This document shows, piece after piece, positions 21,515 to 32,047 of a stretch of 64,000 nt of DNA. Each line of letters starts with the position of its first letter. The first letter of the stretch is position 1. Position numbers and translations under genes: made by a program. Location of the stretch: contig JABCTZ010000036.1 of assembly GCA_018238155.1 (NCBI GenBank), positions 320,001-384,000 of the forward strand. The letters are read 5' to 3'. A model generated the notes under the pieces. The model searched no databases. It was not told the DNA's origin and was given only the letters and a program-made list of their open reading frames with translations. This stretch comes from Candidatus Heimdallarchaeota archaeon. GTDB lineage: Archaea > Asgardarchaeota > Heimdallarchaeia > JABLTI01.

Positions 21515-24252
21515 TATCTATTTCTCCTTCGATTTTTTCGACAACGATATATTATTGTAAGAGTGCTGAGAAAAATAATCAATAAGAATGTGAAGTTAAT
21601 AGAGGATTTAGCTTGAGTTTCATTGGGGTAATCATTAGGATCCATTGGATCAGTTCCCATCTCAATTTCAATCTTATCTGAAAAATTATCAAAATCGCTA
21701 TCACTTGAGTTTGGATAAGTTCCTAACAAGTATTCTTCATAATTTGTTAAACCATCCAAATCTAAATCTGTTAACATATCTTTAGGATCATTTGGATTCA
21801 GCTGATAGGTATATTCCCACCAATCATCCATTTCATCTTTGTCCGTATCATTTGATAATGGATTTGTTAAACTAAATAATATCTCTATTCCATCTAGTAG
21901 CTTGTCTTGATCTGTATCATTTATTATCGGATTAGTTGAGTGAAGAAATATCTCATTGTAATCAGTTAGCTGATCAGTATCTGTATCAACCAAATTTGGA
22001 TCTGTTTGATAATAGAATTCTTCAAAATCTGATAGGTTATCTGAATCTGTATCGATATCAAATGGGTCTGAAAATTGCAAAGATTCTTCATAATTAGATA
22101 AATTATCAAAATCATAATCCAAATCTCTATCTGATGAGTTTAATGGATTAAGGTCATAATAAGCTTCAAAGTAATCATTCATATTATCTTCGTCTGTATC
22201 CTGATTGGTTTTATTTGTGTTAAAATAATTATCTTCAAAACAATCAAGTAATTGATCATAATCAGTGTCTTTGCCAAAACTTGTTATCCCATTTGATGTT
22301 TTATAATAGAAAATTTCTTCATCGGTAAATATTATCTTATCGTAATAAGGATTTTTAATTAAGGTTTGACTCAGAACAGGAAAATTGTTAGTATCAATTT
22401 TGTAAACGTTGATAGTGATGTGAGTTTCTAATAGAAATAGGTAGTTTTCTATTATTACTAACTCAAAGATAGTTTTTAACACAACCAAGGTAAATTTTAG
22501 GGTTGGGTTTAATGGGTTTGATATATCATAAAACTTGATATTATTATTTTGATTTGAAAATATTAGTAAATTGTCAGCAAATACTATATCATTATAGTGA
22601 TTCAAATCTCCACAAGAAATTTCGGCTAATAATTGTATATCTTGTTTGTCTGAGTAATTATATAAAAATATTAAATCAGTATAGCCAGAGTAAACTGCAA
22701 TTGTATCATTATTTATAGCAAACTTCTCCATTGATCCATTCCAATCAATATTAAATATCTGAGTAGGATTTGAAATAATCTCAATATCAATAATTAGAAA
22801 TTCATTGTTAATTAGCAAGAATATTAAATCATTTTTAATCTCAAAATTACTAACTATATCATATTGATAATTCAATTTGTGGATTAACATAAGACTTGGT
22901 TGAAATGGGTTACTTAAGTTGTAGAAATAAAATCTAGAGTCAGATGATGATGCTACAATTAAATAATTATCAACAACAGCCATTTTTTGGATAGTATAGT
23001 TAAATAACAATGATTTTGTTAAATGCGGGTTAAATGGGTTCGAAACATTGAAAATCCGAATACCAGTAATATCGATGCTACTTGCATACATAAGATTTTG
23101 ATAAAAACAAATAGAATCAATATATCTTCCAATTATACTTGATACAATATTAAAATTACTTGATTCTGTTATGTTGACAATATAAATAATATCTTGATTT
23201 GTATACAAGAATAGAAAATTATCACAAAAATCTACTCCATCATAGTAATAATTATGTAAAGGTTCGCTTTCCCCAATGTTAATTGGATGTTCAGGGTCTA
23301 CTAAACTATAAATATCAATTATTTTGCTTTCATAGACTGTATATTGCTCTAAGTATAGGTGTTCATTTTCGAAAGCAATAATATGACGATAATTTACTCC
23401 AATTGCTGATAAAGTTTCAATTGAGGTAATATTCTCATAACTATAAATGGTTACCAAATTACTCTTTTCAATTATCAAGATATCATCTTTAGCAACGATA
23501 TCGCGCCATTCAAATGAAGAGCTTGTATCATCGTGATAGATTTTTATAAGTTCAATACTTTCACTATTCGAAACATCAAAAAAGAAAATGAAACACGAAT
23601 AGTGGTCTGCTAAAATTAAAGTATCATTATCTAATAATCCTCTAAAAAAACGAGGCATAATAATTGATTCATAATAAACCTCGATTGGGTTCTCAGAATT
23701 TGAGATATTGAAAACATAAACTCCATCATTATTTAAATAGAAAAATAACAAGTCATTCTTAATTTCAAACCAGAGTATAAATTTGTGAGAAAATTCAAAG
23801 ATTAGCTCAGGAAATTTCAGGTTAGAGATATTGTAAATGGCTAATGAGTTTCTTTTTACAATTGAGATATTAGGTTCTAATATTTCAAATTTAAATATAT
23901 CATCATTTGGGAATAAAACATCTTCAAACAGTATATTTGACATATTTTCACAATTGTAAATCATTATTCCTTCATCAGTACAAATATAAAGTAAATTATC
24001 TTGTTTGTATGAATGATAAGTTTTAGTAAAAAATTTGTCTTTAATCTCTAAGCCTTTTGCGAAATTTAAATCCTCTTCTTCTTTCTGAGAGAAATCATTA
24101 ATAATTCCCTTATCCAAATCGGTCTCATTTTCGCTAGATTGAGCTGAGTTTTCATAATTTATGAAATTGTTTATGCTTGAAGTTGAACCAATCAATAGTA
24201 TACAAATAATTAGTAAATTAAAGCAATAGTGAATAACTTTTTTGTTTAACAT
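21514..24252 (-). CDS. LVIVD-repeat protein with thrombospondin-type-3-like DxDxD calcium-binding repeats and C-terminal anchor
   Basis: GVYVFNISNSENP-type repeats, then many DTDxDxLxDxxE...TDP units; terminal TM plus basic residues. Confidence 0.85.
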   Translation of the reverse strand: MLNKKVIHYCFNLLIICILLIGSTSSINNFINYENSAQSSENETDLDKGIINDFSQKEEEDLNFAKGLEIKDKFFTKTYHSYKQDNLLYICTDEGIMIYNCENMSNILFEDVLFPNDDIFKFEILEPNISIVKRNSLAIYNISNLKFPELIFEFSHKFILWFEIKNDLLFFYLNNDGVYVFNISNSENPIEVYYESIIMPRFFRGLLDNDTLILADHYSCFIFFFDVSNSESIELIKIYHDDTSSSFEWRDIVAKDDILIIEKSNLVTIYSYENITSIETLSAIGVNYRHIIAFENEHLYLEQYTVYESKIIDIYSLVDPEHPINIGESEPLHNYYYDGVDFCDNFLFLYTNQDIIYIVNITESSNFNIVSSIIGRYIDSICFYQNLMYASSIDITGIRIFNVSNPFNPHLTKSLLFNYTIQKMAVVDNYLIVASSSDSRFYFYNLSNPFQPSLMLIHKLNYQYDIVSNFEIKNDLIFLLINNEFLIIDIEIISNPTQIFNIDWNGSMEKFAINNDTIAVYSGYTDLIFLYNYSDKQDIQLLAEISCGDLNHYNDIVFADNLLIFSNQNNNIKFYDISNPLNPTLKFTLVVLKTIFELVIIENYLFLLETHITINVYKIDTNNFPVLSQTLIKNPYYDKIIFTDEEIFYYKTSNGITSFGKDTDYDQLLDCFEDNYFNTNKTNQDTDEDNMNDYFEAYYDLNPLNSSDRDLDYDFDNLSNYEESLQFSDPFDIDTDSDNLSDFEEFYYQTDPNLVDTDTDQLTDYNEIFLHSTNPIINDTDQDKLLDGIEILFSLTNPLSNDTDKDEMDDWWEYTYQLNPNDPKDMLTDLDLDGLTNYEEYLLGTYPNSSDSDFDNFSDKIEIEMGTDPMDPNDYPNETQAKSSINFTFLLIIFLSTLTIIYRCRKNRRRNR

Positions 24253-24468
24253 AGTTGTCCCCTTTTGATTTACACAATATTTCTTTATTAAACATCCATC
24301 TCTTAGTTATTTCTTGGTTTTTTAATTATAAAAACAATAGCATTCAAATTGCATTCTATCGTTATAAAAAAATCAACCAGATATTTCACTTGTTTTAATT
24401 TCCACATCTGTGCAATTCTCAATCGTAACAGATTCAATTCCAAAATTGGAATATTCAATATTATCAAA

Positions 24469-25161
24469 TTACATATCATCGGTATCAATGAAGAATATAG
24501 CAATACAATCAATGATTAGAATTAACATCTCTGATGTTTGAGCTAGAGTTTGTAATACAGCATTGCTAGTAATTGCTTTCATAGAATAAAACACTGCGAA
24601 GAAAAGCAAAGCAATGAACACAATTATTGTAATTGCTAAATCTCGAAAGAAGGCTGGTGTTTTTTTAGGTTTTAGAGGACGATGTTTTCTAGTAAATCTC
24701 ATCATTTGCAATATGAAGTTGAGTATACCAAAACCGGCAATAAACATTGCTGCACCGATTCCATGGATAAGTCTTAAGGGTTGAGCACCTGCAGGTACAG
24801 CAGTTAAAATCGCTCCAATTGACATAATAAGGCTAAATATGCCTTTTATAATATTGTTTTCGAGATCTTTCTTCACAAAATATATTATTGCTATAACAAG
24901 AAAAATCACTCCACAGAGACAAAAACCAGTGCTAAAAATAATCAATGACGTTAAATTTGGCAGAGAATTTAGGCTCACAAATTTTCCAAGCTGACTCACA
25001 TATTCTTGAAAGAAGATGAATTTTTCCGGATAGAAAACCCATGAAAGAATAACGGTAAAAATTAGAATTGGTGCAATAGATATAATTAATCCTTGGAGAA
25101 ATTTCTGTGTATTTAGGCTGCCATTTTCCTTTTCAATTTTAGTTGGAGTTACTGATTGCAT
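24469..25161 (-). CDS. Integral membrane protein (DUF998-like)
   Basis: About six TM helices; YVSQLG and IHGIGAAMF motifs. Confidence 0.6.
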   Translation of the reverse strand: MQSVTPTKIEKENGSLNTQKFLQGLIISIAPILIFTVILSWVFYPEKFIFFQEYVSQLGKFVSLNSLPNLTSLIIFSTGFCLCGVIFLVIAIIYFVKKDLENNIIKGIFSLIMSIGAILTAVPAGAQPLRLIHGIGAAMFIAGFGILNFILQMMRFTRKHRPLKPKKTPAFFRDLAITIIVFIALLFFAVFYSMKAITSNAVLQTLAQTSEMLILIIDCIAIFFIDTDDM

Positions 25162-25403
25162 GTGTTATTCTAATCATTTGAACTTTATATATTTATATCC
25201 TAGTAAATCTTGCAATTTCTCATATTCCAAAAGCAACTACTAATTTTGTCATAATATAGTGCCTTTAGTTTATTTCATTAAAAATTTTATGTGTTTATTG
25301 TCGGTAAAAAGTGAATAAAGATGGAAAATAAAATTTGTAGATTAATAGTTTGGTTGACCATCTTTCTTCTATTATTTACCATTTAACTCTAACTAACATT
25401 CAC

Positions 25404-25688
25404 TTAGATTTGGTCAAAACTACTTTCTTTTGGAGGGGATGATTTTTCTCTTCTTCTCCTCACAAATTCCTTGATAACATTAATGGTGGTAATAATTGCA
25501 AATATTTCAAATGCTATAAACGCTAATGTGAACACGATTATACCAGATATCTGACCAGCACTCCAAGTGTAAATTAGGTCAAGAGAGAATGTGCCGTTTT
25601 TAAAGAAACCAGGAATTACTATAGTTTGTATTAACGCTACTGGAAAGCTTATTCCAAATAATAAAGCACCAAAAAGTAATATTATCAC
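25404..25688 (-). CDS. Small membrane protein
   Basis: Two hydrophobic helices followed by a basic tail. Confidence 0.5.
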   Translation of the reverse strand: MIILLFGALLFGISFPVALIQTIVIPGFFKNGTFSLDLIYTWSAGQISGIIVFTLAFIAFEIFAIITTINVIKEFVRRRREKSSPPKESSFDQI

Positions 25689-25776
25689 TCAAGGAAAATA
25701 ATGACTTGTGTTGATATCGTGCATCTAAAGTAAACAACTCTTTTTGTTTTGGAACTTGCTAGCTTATTGAAGCTTA

Positions 25777-26286
25777 TTATTTGTACAGTTCCCAATGAAC
25801 TAATTCTTCAAGCTGTTTTCTAGATGAATCACGTATTTGATCTGAATAACCAAGAGCAACCAAAGCCATAACATTTAGATGCTCAGGAATATTGAGGAGT
25901 TTTTTTATTTCCACTTCAAATGAGGTTCCAATAACACCTGCCCAACACGTTCCTAAACCCTCTGCATGAGCTTGAATCATAAAATGTAAAATGGTTAATG
26001 CAGTATCTGACATATGGTATTTTGAGTGAATTTCAGGATTTGTTAAAGGGATAAAAACTACTGGGCTTTCAGCAACGAATTTTGCATATGGATGAATTTC
26101 AGCAAATTTCTTTCTCATAACTTCATCTTTAACAATTAGGAATTCCCAGGGTTGCTTATTAGATGCGGAAGGAGCCCATCTTGCTGCTTCAAGGCATTTG
26201 TTCAACTTTTCTTCTTCTACTGGCTGGGATTTGTATTTTCTAATACTTCTCCTTGATTTCAATAATTCTAGTGTATCCATTTTCAA
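25777..26286 (-). CDS. Nitroreductase family protein
   Basis: RRSIRKY, WAPSASNKQPW, GLGTCW, VALGY. Confidence 0.92.
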   Translation of the reverse strand: MKMDTLELLKSRRSIRKYKSQPVEEEKLNKCLEAARWAPSASNKQPWEFLIVKDEVMRKKFAEIHPYAKFVAESPVVFIPLTNPEIHSKYHMSDTALTILHFMIQAHAEGLGTCWAGVIGTSFEVEIKKLLNIPEHLNVMALVALGYSDQIRDSSRKQLEELVHWELYK

Positions 26287-26493
26287 TCACCATTAGATCA
26301 TTAATTTAATCTAACTATCAATTTCTTATAAATGCTCTCAATGCGAAAACAAAGTAATATTTTTGATACGAGCTAACCATGAATCTTTCAATTAATCCCA
26401 TGAAATTACTTGAGATAAAGATTCCGGAAATAACAAGATTCCTTGTTAGAAAAATAATAATTACCAGAGTTTTTTATTCGAAAGTATCATTAT

Positions 26494-26865
26494 CTATTTC
26501 TTGGAATGTTTTTGAAACCATTTTTTTATTTCGTCAAAACTCATCTCCATTTTAGCTACTTTAATTGTCATAGAATAAACTTCACCTAAAGGTGGTGTAA
26601 AAACCAATCCATTTTTACTTAGAAAAATATAAGCTACTAAAATGCCTATTCGTTTATTACCATCAGCAAAGTAATGGTTTTCGACTAGTTCTTTGTAGAG
26701 AATTGTGACCTAATCCCAAATAGTTGGGTTATTTTGAAATGGTATTCCCCAACGAATTTTATGTAGTGTACTGCTTAATCCCTCACGATTCATTAAAGGA
26801 ACAGGTTTCTCAATATATTCTTCATATAAGGTAATAATATATTCCTTGGTAGGCATCCAAACCAT
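26494..26865 (-). pseudogene. Doc/Fic-family toxin interrupted by an in-frame TAG at codon 52
   Basis: Manual translation MVWMPTKEY...PTIWD*VTILYKELVENHYFADGNKRIG...KKWFQKHSKK*; Doc motif HxFxDGNKR; TAG at 26710-26712. Confidence 0.82.
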
Positions 26866-26867
26866 TT

Positions 26868-27125
26868 TTATTCACCAAGTTTTTGCCATTCGTTCCCATA
26901 TTTTCCCATAAATTTCTTAATGCGTTTCTTATCTTGTTTCACTTCTGATTTTGCATCTTTTTCAATTGATTCTAACTCTTCTTTAAAATAATATTGTATT
27001 AGAAAGCGAAATATTTCAGCATCATCTTCAATACCTAATTCTGCTTTAATTAATTCAAAACGTTTTGAAAGGATGCCTTTTAGTTCCATCTGGATTTTTT
27101 TTGACTCAGCCATTCTTTTCACCAA
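26868..27125 (-). CDS. Putative antitoxin of the Doc toxin
   Basis: 85-aa ORF ending 2 nt before the doc start; RHH-like N-terminal half; tail FMGKYGNEWQKLGE resembles Doc-antitoxin C-termini. Confidence 0.65.
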   Translation of the reverse strand: MVKRMAESKKIQMELKGILSKRFELIKAELGIEDDAEIFRFLIQYYFKEELESIEKDAKSEVKQDKKRIKKFMGKYGNEWQKLGE

Positions 27126-27259
27126 ATGTTTTGTATTTCATTCTCCTTTCCTTTATCTGCTTTAAGATATATTAGATTTTGTTATTAAATTCTAATTATA
27201 ATTGATGATTGAAAATTTATAAAATTTCTCGATTAATAAAAAAACAAGCTACTGTTTAT

Positions 27260-28225
27260 CTATTCTGAAGAATTTTCTATTATTTCTTGGAAAAGACTTT
27301 CATCGATATTTCCACCTGACATAATTGCCGCAACAACTCTATCTTTGAAAAGTGATTTGTTTTCTAATAATGGTGCCACAGCAGCAGCAGCTGCGCCTTC
27401 AACCCTGATATTATCTCTATGCCAGATAAGAGCAAGTGCTTTGCGTATAGTTTCTTCTTCTACAAGAATGACTTCATCAACAAATTGTTTGATAATATCA
27501 AATGTTATTGATCCAAGCTCGATACCACCGTACATTCCATCTGCGATAGAATCCTTCATTTCAACATCGATTATTTTACCCGCTTTAAGCGACTCATAAA
27601 ATACTGGACATGCAGAAGTTTGAACACCTATTATGTTAACATCAGGTTTTTTTGATTTAATTGCGATTGCAATGCCTGCCAATAATCCTCCCCCACCTAA
27701 AGGAACTAAAACATCAGTTATTGAAGGTTGTTGTTCCAAAAGTTCCAAGCCAATAGTACCTTGTCCTGCAACAATTAGTTCATCATTATAGCCCGAAACA
27801 AAAGTGGCAGATTCTTCTTTAGCTAGATTTCTTGCAAAAACTTCAGCTTCGTCATAGCTATTGCCTTCAAGAACTAGCTCAATCTTGTATTTTCTAATTT
27901 TGCTGATTTTGTTTTGTGGAGTACTTTTTGGAATAATGATTTTCGCATAAATCCCTAGTTGTTCTGCAACAGCGCCTACAGCTTGAGCATGATTTCCAGA
28001 TGAAACCGCCATTACTCCTTTTTCTATTTCATCTGACGAGAGACTCAACATCTTATTCAATGCTCCACGTATTTTGAAAGAATTCGTTATCTGTTGATTC
28101 TCTAATTTGAGAAATATTTTACCACCCGTGAGGTTGCTAAAATATTTAGATAAATGTAGTGGTGTTCTTTTGATAAAAGGTTTTATTTTTTCTCTAGCTT
28201 TTTCTATTGCTTTAATATTGACCAT
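27260..28225 (-). CDS. PLP-dependent threonine/serine dehydratase (TdcB/EutB-like, no ACT domain)
   Basis: KLENQQITNSFKIRGA, SSGNHAQA, PLGGGGL, SGGN. Confidence 0.9.
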   Translation of the reverse strand: MVNIKAIEKAREKIKPFIKRTPLHLSKYFSNLTGGKIFLKLENQQITNSFKIRGALNKMLSLSSDEIEKGVMAVSSGNHAQAVGAVAEQLGIYAKIIIPKSTPQNKISKIRKYKIELVLEGNSYDEAEVFARNLAKEESATFVSGYNDELIVAGQGTIGLELLEQQPSITDVLVPLGGGGLLAGIAIAIKSKKPDVNIIGVQTSACPVFYESLKAGKIIDVEMKDSIADGMYGGIELGSITFDIIKQFVDEVILVEEETIRKALALIWHRDNIRVEGAAAAAVAPLLENKSLFKDRVVAAIMSGGNIDESLFQEIIENSSE

Positions 28226-28353
28226 GAGAAACGGAAGACTCTATACAATTTATTACTTTTGTAAACATTTGAAAATAAAAAAAGAATACAGAATATTAAT
28301 TAGAAGTGAATCTACTTCTTCTATCAAGATAGATTGAATAATATTTTTGGTTC

Positions 28354-29316
28354 TTGGTGTTTGTATTGGCGATGAAAATTGTTACTCTGAAAGAAATAAT
28401 GGAAATTTTGGGAAAAATAGATCCAATTAAAGAGATAGAGGAAGGTTTCGTAGAATTTTCAAAAGGAAATGTTGTTGTTCCCCCCGTTGGTGAAATGTTA
28501 TTTAAAGATCCACCTGGCGACGTTCATATAAAGTATGGCTATATTAAAAATGACCTATTTTATGTGATAAAAATTGCTTCTGGTTTTTACGAGAATATCA
28601 ATTTAGGTCTTCCAAGTTATTCGGGGTTAATGCTATTATTCGCTCAAAAAACAGGAGAGTTACTCTGTATCCTCTTAGATGAAGGTCATTTAACGAATAT
28701 TCGCACTGCTGCTGCAGGAGCAGTTGCAGCAAAGTATCTTGCACCAAAGAAGGTAAAACGAATTGGCATTTTTGGAACAGGTGTACAAGCAAGATTGCAG
28801 CTCGAATACTTACAATCTATTATCAAATGTGAAGATGTTATCGTATGGGGTCGAAACGAAAAGAAATTAGCTTTATACAAAGAAGAAATGGAAACATTTG
28901 GGTTCAATGTTGAAACAACACTCAATACTGAAGATGTTACTTCTACTTGTAATTTTATTGTTACTTGTACTCCATCTACAATTCCATTAATTAATTTAGA
29001 TCAAGTGATGAAAGGAACACATATTACAGCAGTAGGATCAGATACACCGGAAAAACAAGAATTAGATGCTAAAATATTGCAAAAAGCTGATCGTGTGGTT
29101 GTTGATAGCATTAGTCAAGTTTTATCTCGAGGGGAGAGCTTTCATGCTATGGAAGATGGCTTAATCACAAAAGATGATTTAATTGAATTAGGAAATATGA
29201 TACAAGAAGAAAAACTACAAAGAACATCAGATGATGAAATAACAGTAGCAGATCTAACTGGAGTTGCGGTTCAAGATTTACAAATAGCAAAAGCAGTTTG
29301 GGGGAAAATCAACTAG
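28354..29316 (+). CDS. Ornithine cyclodeaminase / mu-crystallin family protein
   Basis: LTNIRTAAAG, GTGVQA, HITAVGSD, DLTGVAVQD. Confidence 0.9.
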   Translation: MVFVLAMKIVTLKEIMEILGKIDPIKEIEEGFVEFSKGNVVVPPVGEMLFKDPPGDVHIKYGYIKNDLFYVIKIASGFYENINLGLPSYSGLMLLFAQKTGELLCILLDEGHLTNIRTAAAGAVAAKYLAPKKVKRIGIFGTGVQARLQLEYLQSIIKCEDVIVWGRNEKKLALYKEEMETFGFNVETTLNTEDVTSTCNFIVTCTPSTIPLINLDQVMKGTHITAVGSDTPEKQELDAKILQKADRVVVDSISQVLSRGESFHAMEDGLITKDDLIELGNMIQEEKLQRTSDDEITVADLTGVAVQDLQIAKAVWGKIN

Positions 29317-29382
29317 AATAATCAGAGTAGAGAAATACAATGCTCATTAGAAATAGAAATGGCTCCATGGAGATGTTAGAAT

Positions 29383-30501
29383 TTGATAGTAGACGATTTT
29401 TTGGTAGAACTATTTATGGATAAATATGAAATGAATGTTGAGATAAACATTGCAGAAACATGTGTAGATCCTTTCACTCTTGGTGAGTTTCTTAAATTAG
29501 TAGAGTATGAGAACTTCTTCGAGGATTTCAAAAGTAAAAAATTAACATATGGACATATTAACGGTTCTCCAGAATTAAGGCAAGGTATAGCAAATTTATA
29601 CGAGACAATGAGTGCAAAGAATGTGCTTTTGAATGGCGGAGCAATTGGAGCGAATTTTCTTTCATTCTACAGCTTAATTGATCCAGGAGATACTGTCGTT
29701 TCTATTTTTCCGGCATATCAGCAATTGTATAGCGTAGCAAAATCATTTGGAGCTAATGTTAAATTATGGAAGCTGAAATGGGAAGAAAAGTGGCAACCAA
29801 ATATTGACGATTTAGCATCTCTGGTTGATAAGAAAACAAAAATGATCATCATAAATAACCCTCATAATCCTACGGGGTGTTTAATTAATAACAAACAACT
29901 CAAGCAAATATGTGAAATTGCAGAAGATTGTGATGCATACTTACACTATGATGAAGCTTACAAAGGGCTCTATCTAAATGATAACGACAAGATCACTTCA
30001 GCAGTAGATATTTATGACAAAGCAATTTCTTCAGGTTCTTTTTCAAAAGGTTTATCTCTAACAGGATTGCGCCTAGGATGGCTTGTTGCAAGTGAGGAGA
30101 TTATCAAAAGATTCGCTGGATACAGACAATATACAACAATCAGCAATGGAATGATAGACGATGCACTTGGAGCATTAGCAATGAAATATGTGGATCAAAT
30201 TTATGAAAGAAATATTGGTATTATAAAAACGAATTTCAAAATACTGTCTGAATTTATAGAGAATGAACCATTATTAGATTGGATCCCACCAAGAGCAGGA
30301 AGTGTAGGCTTTCTAAAACTCAATTTAGATATACCCACCGAAGATTTTTGTGTACAACTTATTGACCAGAAAAGCACTTTTCTTGTTCCTAGTACTTGTT
30401 TTGAAATGGAAGGTTTTCTACGAATAGGCTTTGGAAATAATACTGAAATTTTGAAAGATGGTTTAGGGCGGTTAAAAGAATTTCTTGATACAAAGAGGTA
30501 A
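29383..30501 (+). CDS. PLP-dependent aminotransferase class I/II
   Basis: NNPHNPTG, DEAY, SFSKGLSLTGLRLGW. Confidence 0.9.
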   Translation: MIVDDFLVELFMDKYEMNVEINIAETCVDPFTLGEFLKLVEYENFFEDFKSKKLTYGHINGSPELRQGIANLYETMSAKNVLLNGGAIGANFLSFYSLIDPGDTVVSIFPAYQQLYSVAKSFGANVKLWKLKWEEKWQPNIDDLASLVDKKTKMIIINNPHNPTGCLINNKQLKQICEIAEDCDAYLHYDEAYKGLYLNDNDKITSAVDIYDKAISSGSFSKGLSLTGLRLGWLVASEEIIKRFAGYRQYTTISNGMIDDALGALAMKYVDQIYERNIGIIKTNFKILSEFIENEPLLDWIPPRAGSVGFLKLNLDIPTEDFCVQLIDQKSTFLVPSTCFEMEGFLRIGFGNNTEILKDGLGRLKEFLDTKR

Positions 30502-30528
30502 TCAAAACAAACGAAAAACTGAAAATGA

Positions 30529-31422
30529 TTGATTGCCGGAAATGGATTGGTTGTAATGGAAGAACAAGAACTAATCCAATTATTTCCAACTATTTCTTCT
30601 CGAGAGAAATTCTATATAGAAATGGTTGATGATGCAAAAGTAATGGTATACAAGTTTTTACCAAACATAGAAAAAAAATCCGTAATAAGAGCACCAATAT
30701 TGTTTGTTCCAGGATTCACATCATATTTCAGCCAATGGAGTACAATAATCAACTATTTAGTAGAAAAAAAACACTCTGTGTATGTTTTTGAAAGTAGAGA
30801 GAAAAAAACTTCTACTTCAAAAGTATCTGACCCGCGTTTTGATACAGATGGGTTAATTGCAGATCTAAATGATGTAGTAGCACATCTTAAACTCCCTCAA
30901 CCATTTTTTATGATTGGAAATTCGCTTGGATCAGCAATGATTCTAAAACATGTTATTGATAATGAAAAAAATAGTTCTCAATTGCCAGACAAAATTGCAT
31001 TGCTTCAAGCTGTATACACTTCTGCACCTCTTCAACGATTTATAGATTTGGCAGAACGAAAAATACTCTTTCATATAGCAATGAGATTCATACTTACTTT
31101 TTCACCAATAATCTTCTGGAAGAGTAGAAGAGAGACTCCAAATTCATATCGAAATTCGCTAAATAATCTAAGAAATACTGAATTAGAAAAAATGCGAATT
31201 GGTTTGATTTGCTCTGTTAATTTAAAAATTATTGATGATTTGCCTAAAGTGAAATTACCTACATTAGCAATTGGTATTGGAAATGATAAGACACATCCAA
31301 AAGAACAAGCAATACTAATTTCTAAACAAGTAAAGAATGGCATCTATCATGAAATCCCTGATAAAGAGTATGTGGATACTGAATTAACTGCGAAGTTGAT
31401 CACGGATTTCCTAGAGAAATGA
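30529..31422 (+). CDS. Alpha/beta hydrolase
   Basis: ILFVPGF oxyanion motif and GNSLG nucleophile elbow. Confidence 0.8.
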   Translation: MIAGNGLVVMEEQELIQLFPTISSREKFYIEMVDDAKVMVYKFLPNIEKKSVIRAPILFVPGFTSYFSQWSTIINYLVEKKHSVYVFESREKKTSTSKVSDPRFDTDGLIADLNDVVAHLKLPQPFFMIGNSLGSAMILKHVIDNEKNSSQLPDKIALLQAVYTSAPLQRFIDLAERKILFHIAMRFILTFSPIIFWKSRRETPNSYRNSLNNLRNTELEKMRIGLICSVNLKIIDDLPKVKLPTLAIGIGNDKTHPKEQAILISKQVKNGIYHEIPDKEYVDTELTAKLITDFLEK

Positions 31423-31708
31423 GTTTTGACATTAGCAGCAAAATAATTTCTATTTCAGATTTTTTTCAAAATTGGTAACACTTTGCATAGTTTTGTAAAG
31501 CATCATCAAAATAACCAATCTGTAATAGTTGGTCGAATAATTAGTACCTTCATTTTTCTCACTTTTTTGAATATTAGCTTTTTACTTTAGCTTCTGCTTA
31601 ACATTTTTAGGAGATTTTAGCAATGAAAATACGCATATACTTGCAAAATATCTTTTCTTAATCACAAGGATTTTCTTTACGAATATTTTTATATTCGAGA
31701 ATGTTAGG

Positions 31709-32011
31709 TTGGCAATGGACCCTATAAACTGGATATACATTGGAATTGCTGTAGCCGTTGGTCAAATTATACCTTTTATAGTATATGGTATAGATAAAAG
31801 ACTAGCAATAGCAGGGAAGAGTAGAATATCTGAATTGAGTCTTCTAGTTCTAACCTTTATTTTCGGAATCTTTGGATCGTTCCTTGCAATGATTATATTC
31901 AGACACAAAACCATCAAAGGTTCGTTCAGAGCAAAGTTTGCTGGCGTTTCCATTGTACGCATACTGGTTCTTGGTGGTATAGTAGCCCTTTTGCTATTTG
32001 TCTTTAAATAA
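31709..32011 (+). CDS. DUF1294 family membrane protein
   Basis: YGIDKRLA...RISE...FRHKT.K..F. Confidence 0.85.
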   Translation: MAMDPINWIYIGIAVAVGQIIPFIVYGIDKRLAIAGKSRISELSLLVLTFIFGIFGSFLAMIIFRHKTIKGSFRAKFAGVSIVRILVLGGIVALLLFVFK

Positions 32012-32047
32012 ATTTCACCTTTACATCAAATTTAGGCGATTTTATTA

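Noticed and set aside
26710-26712. Genome-wide TAG recoding
   Set aside because: Many clear genes in the window end at TAG at their expected lengths (for example the subtilisin and the threonine dehydratase).
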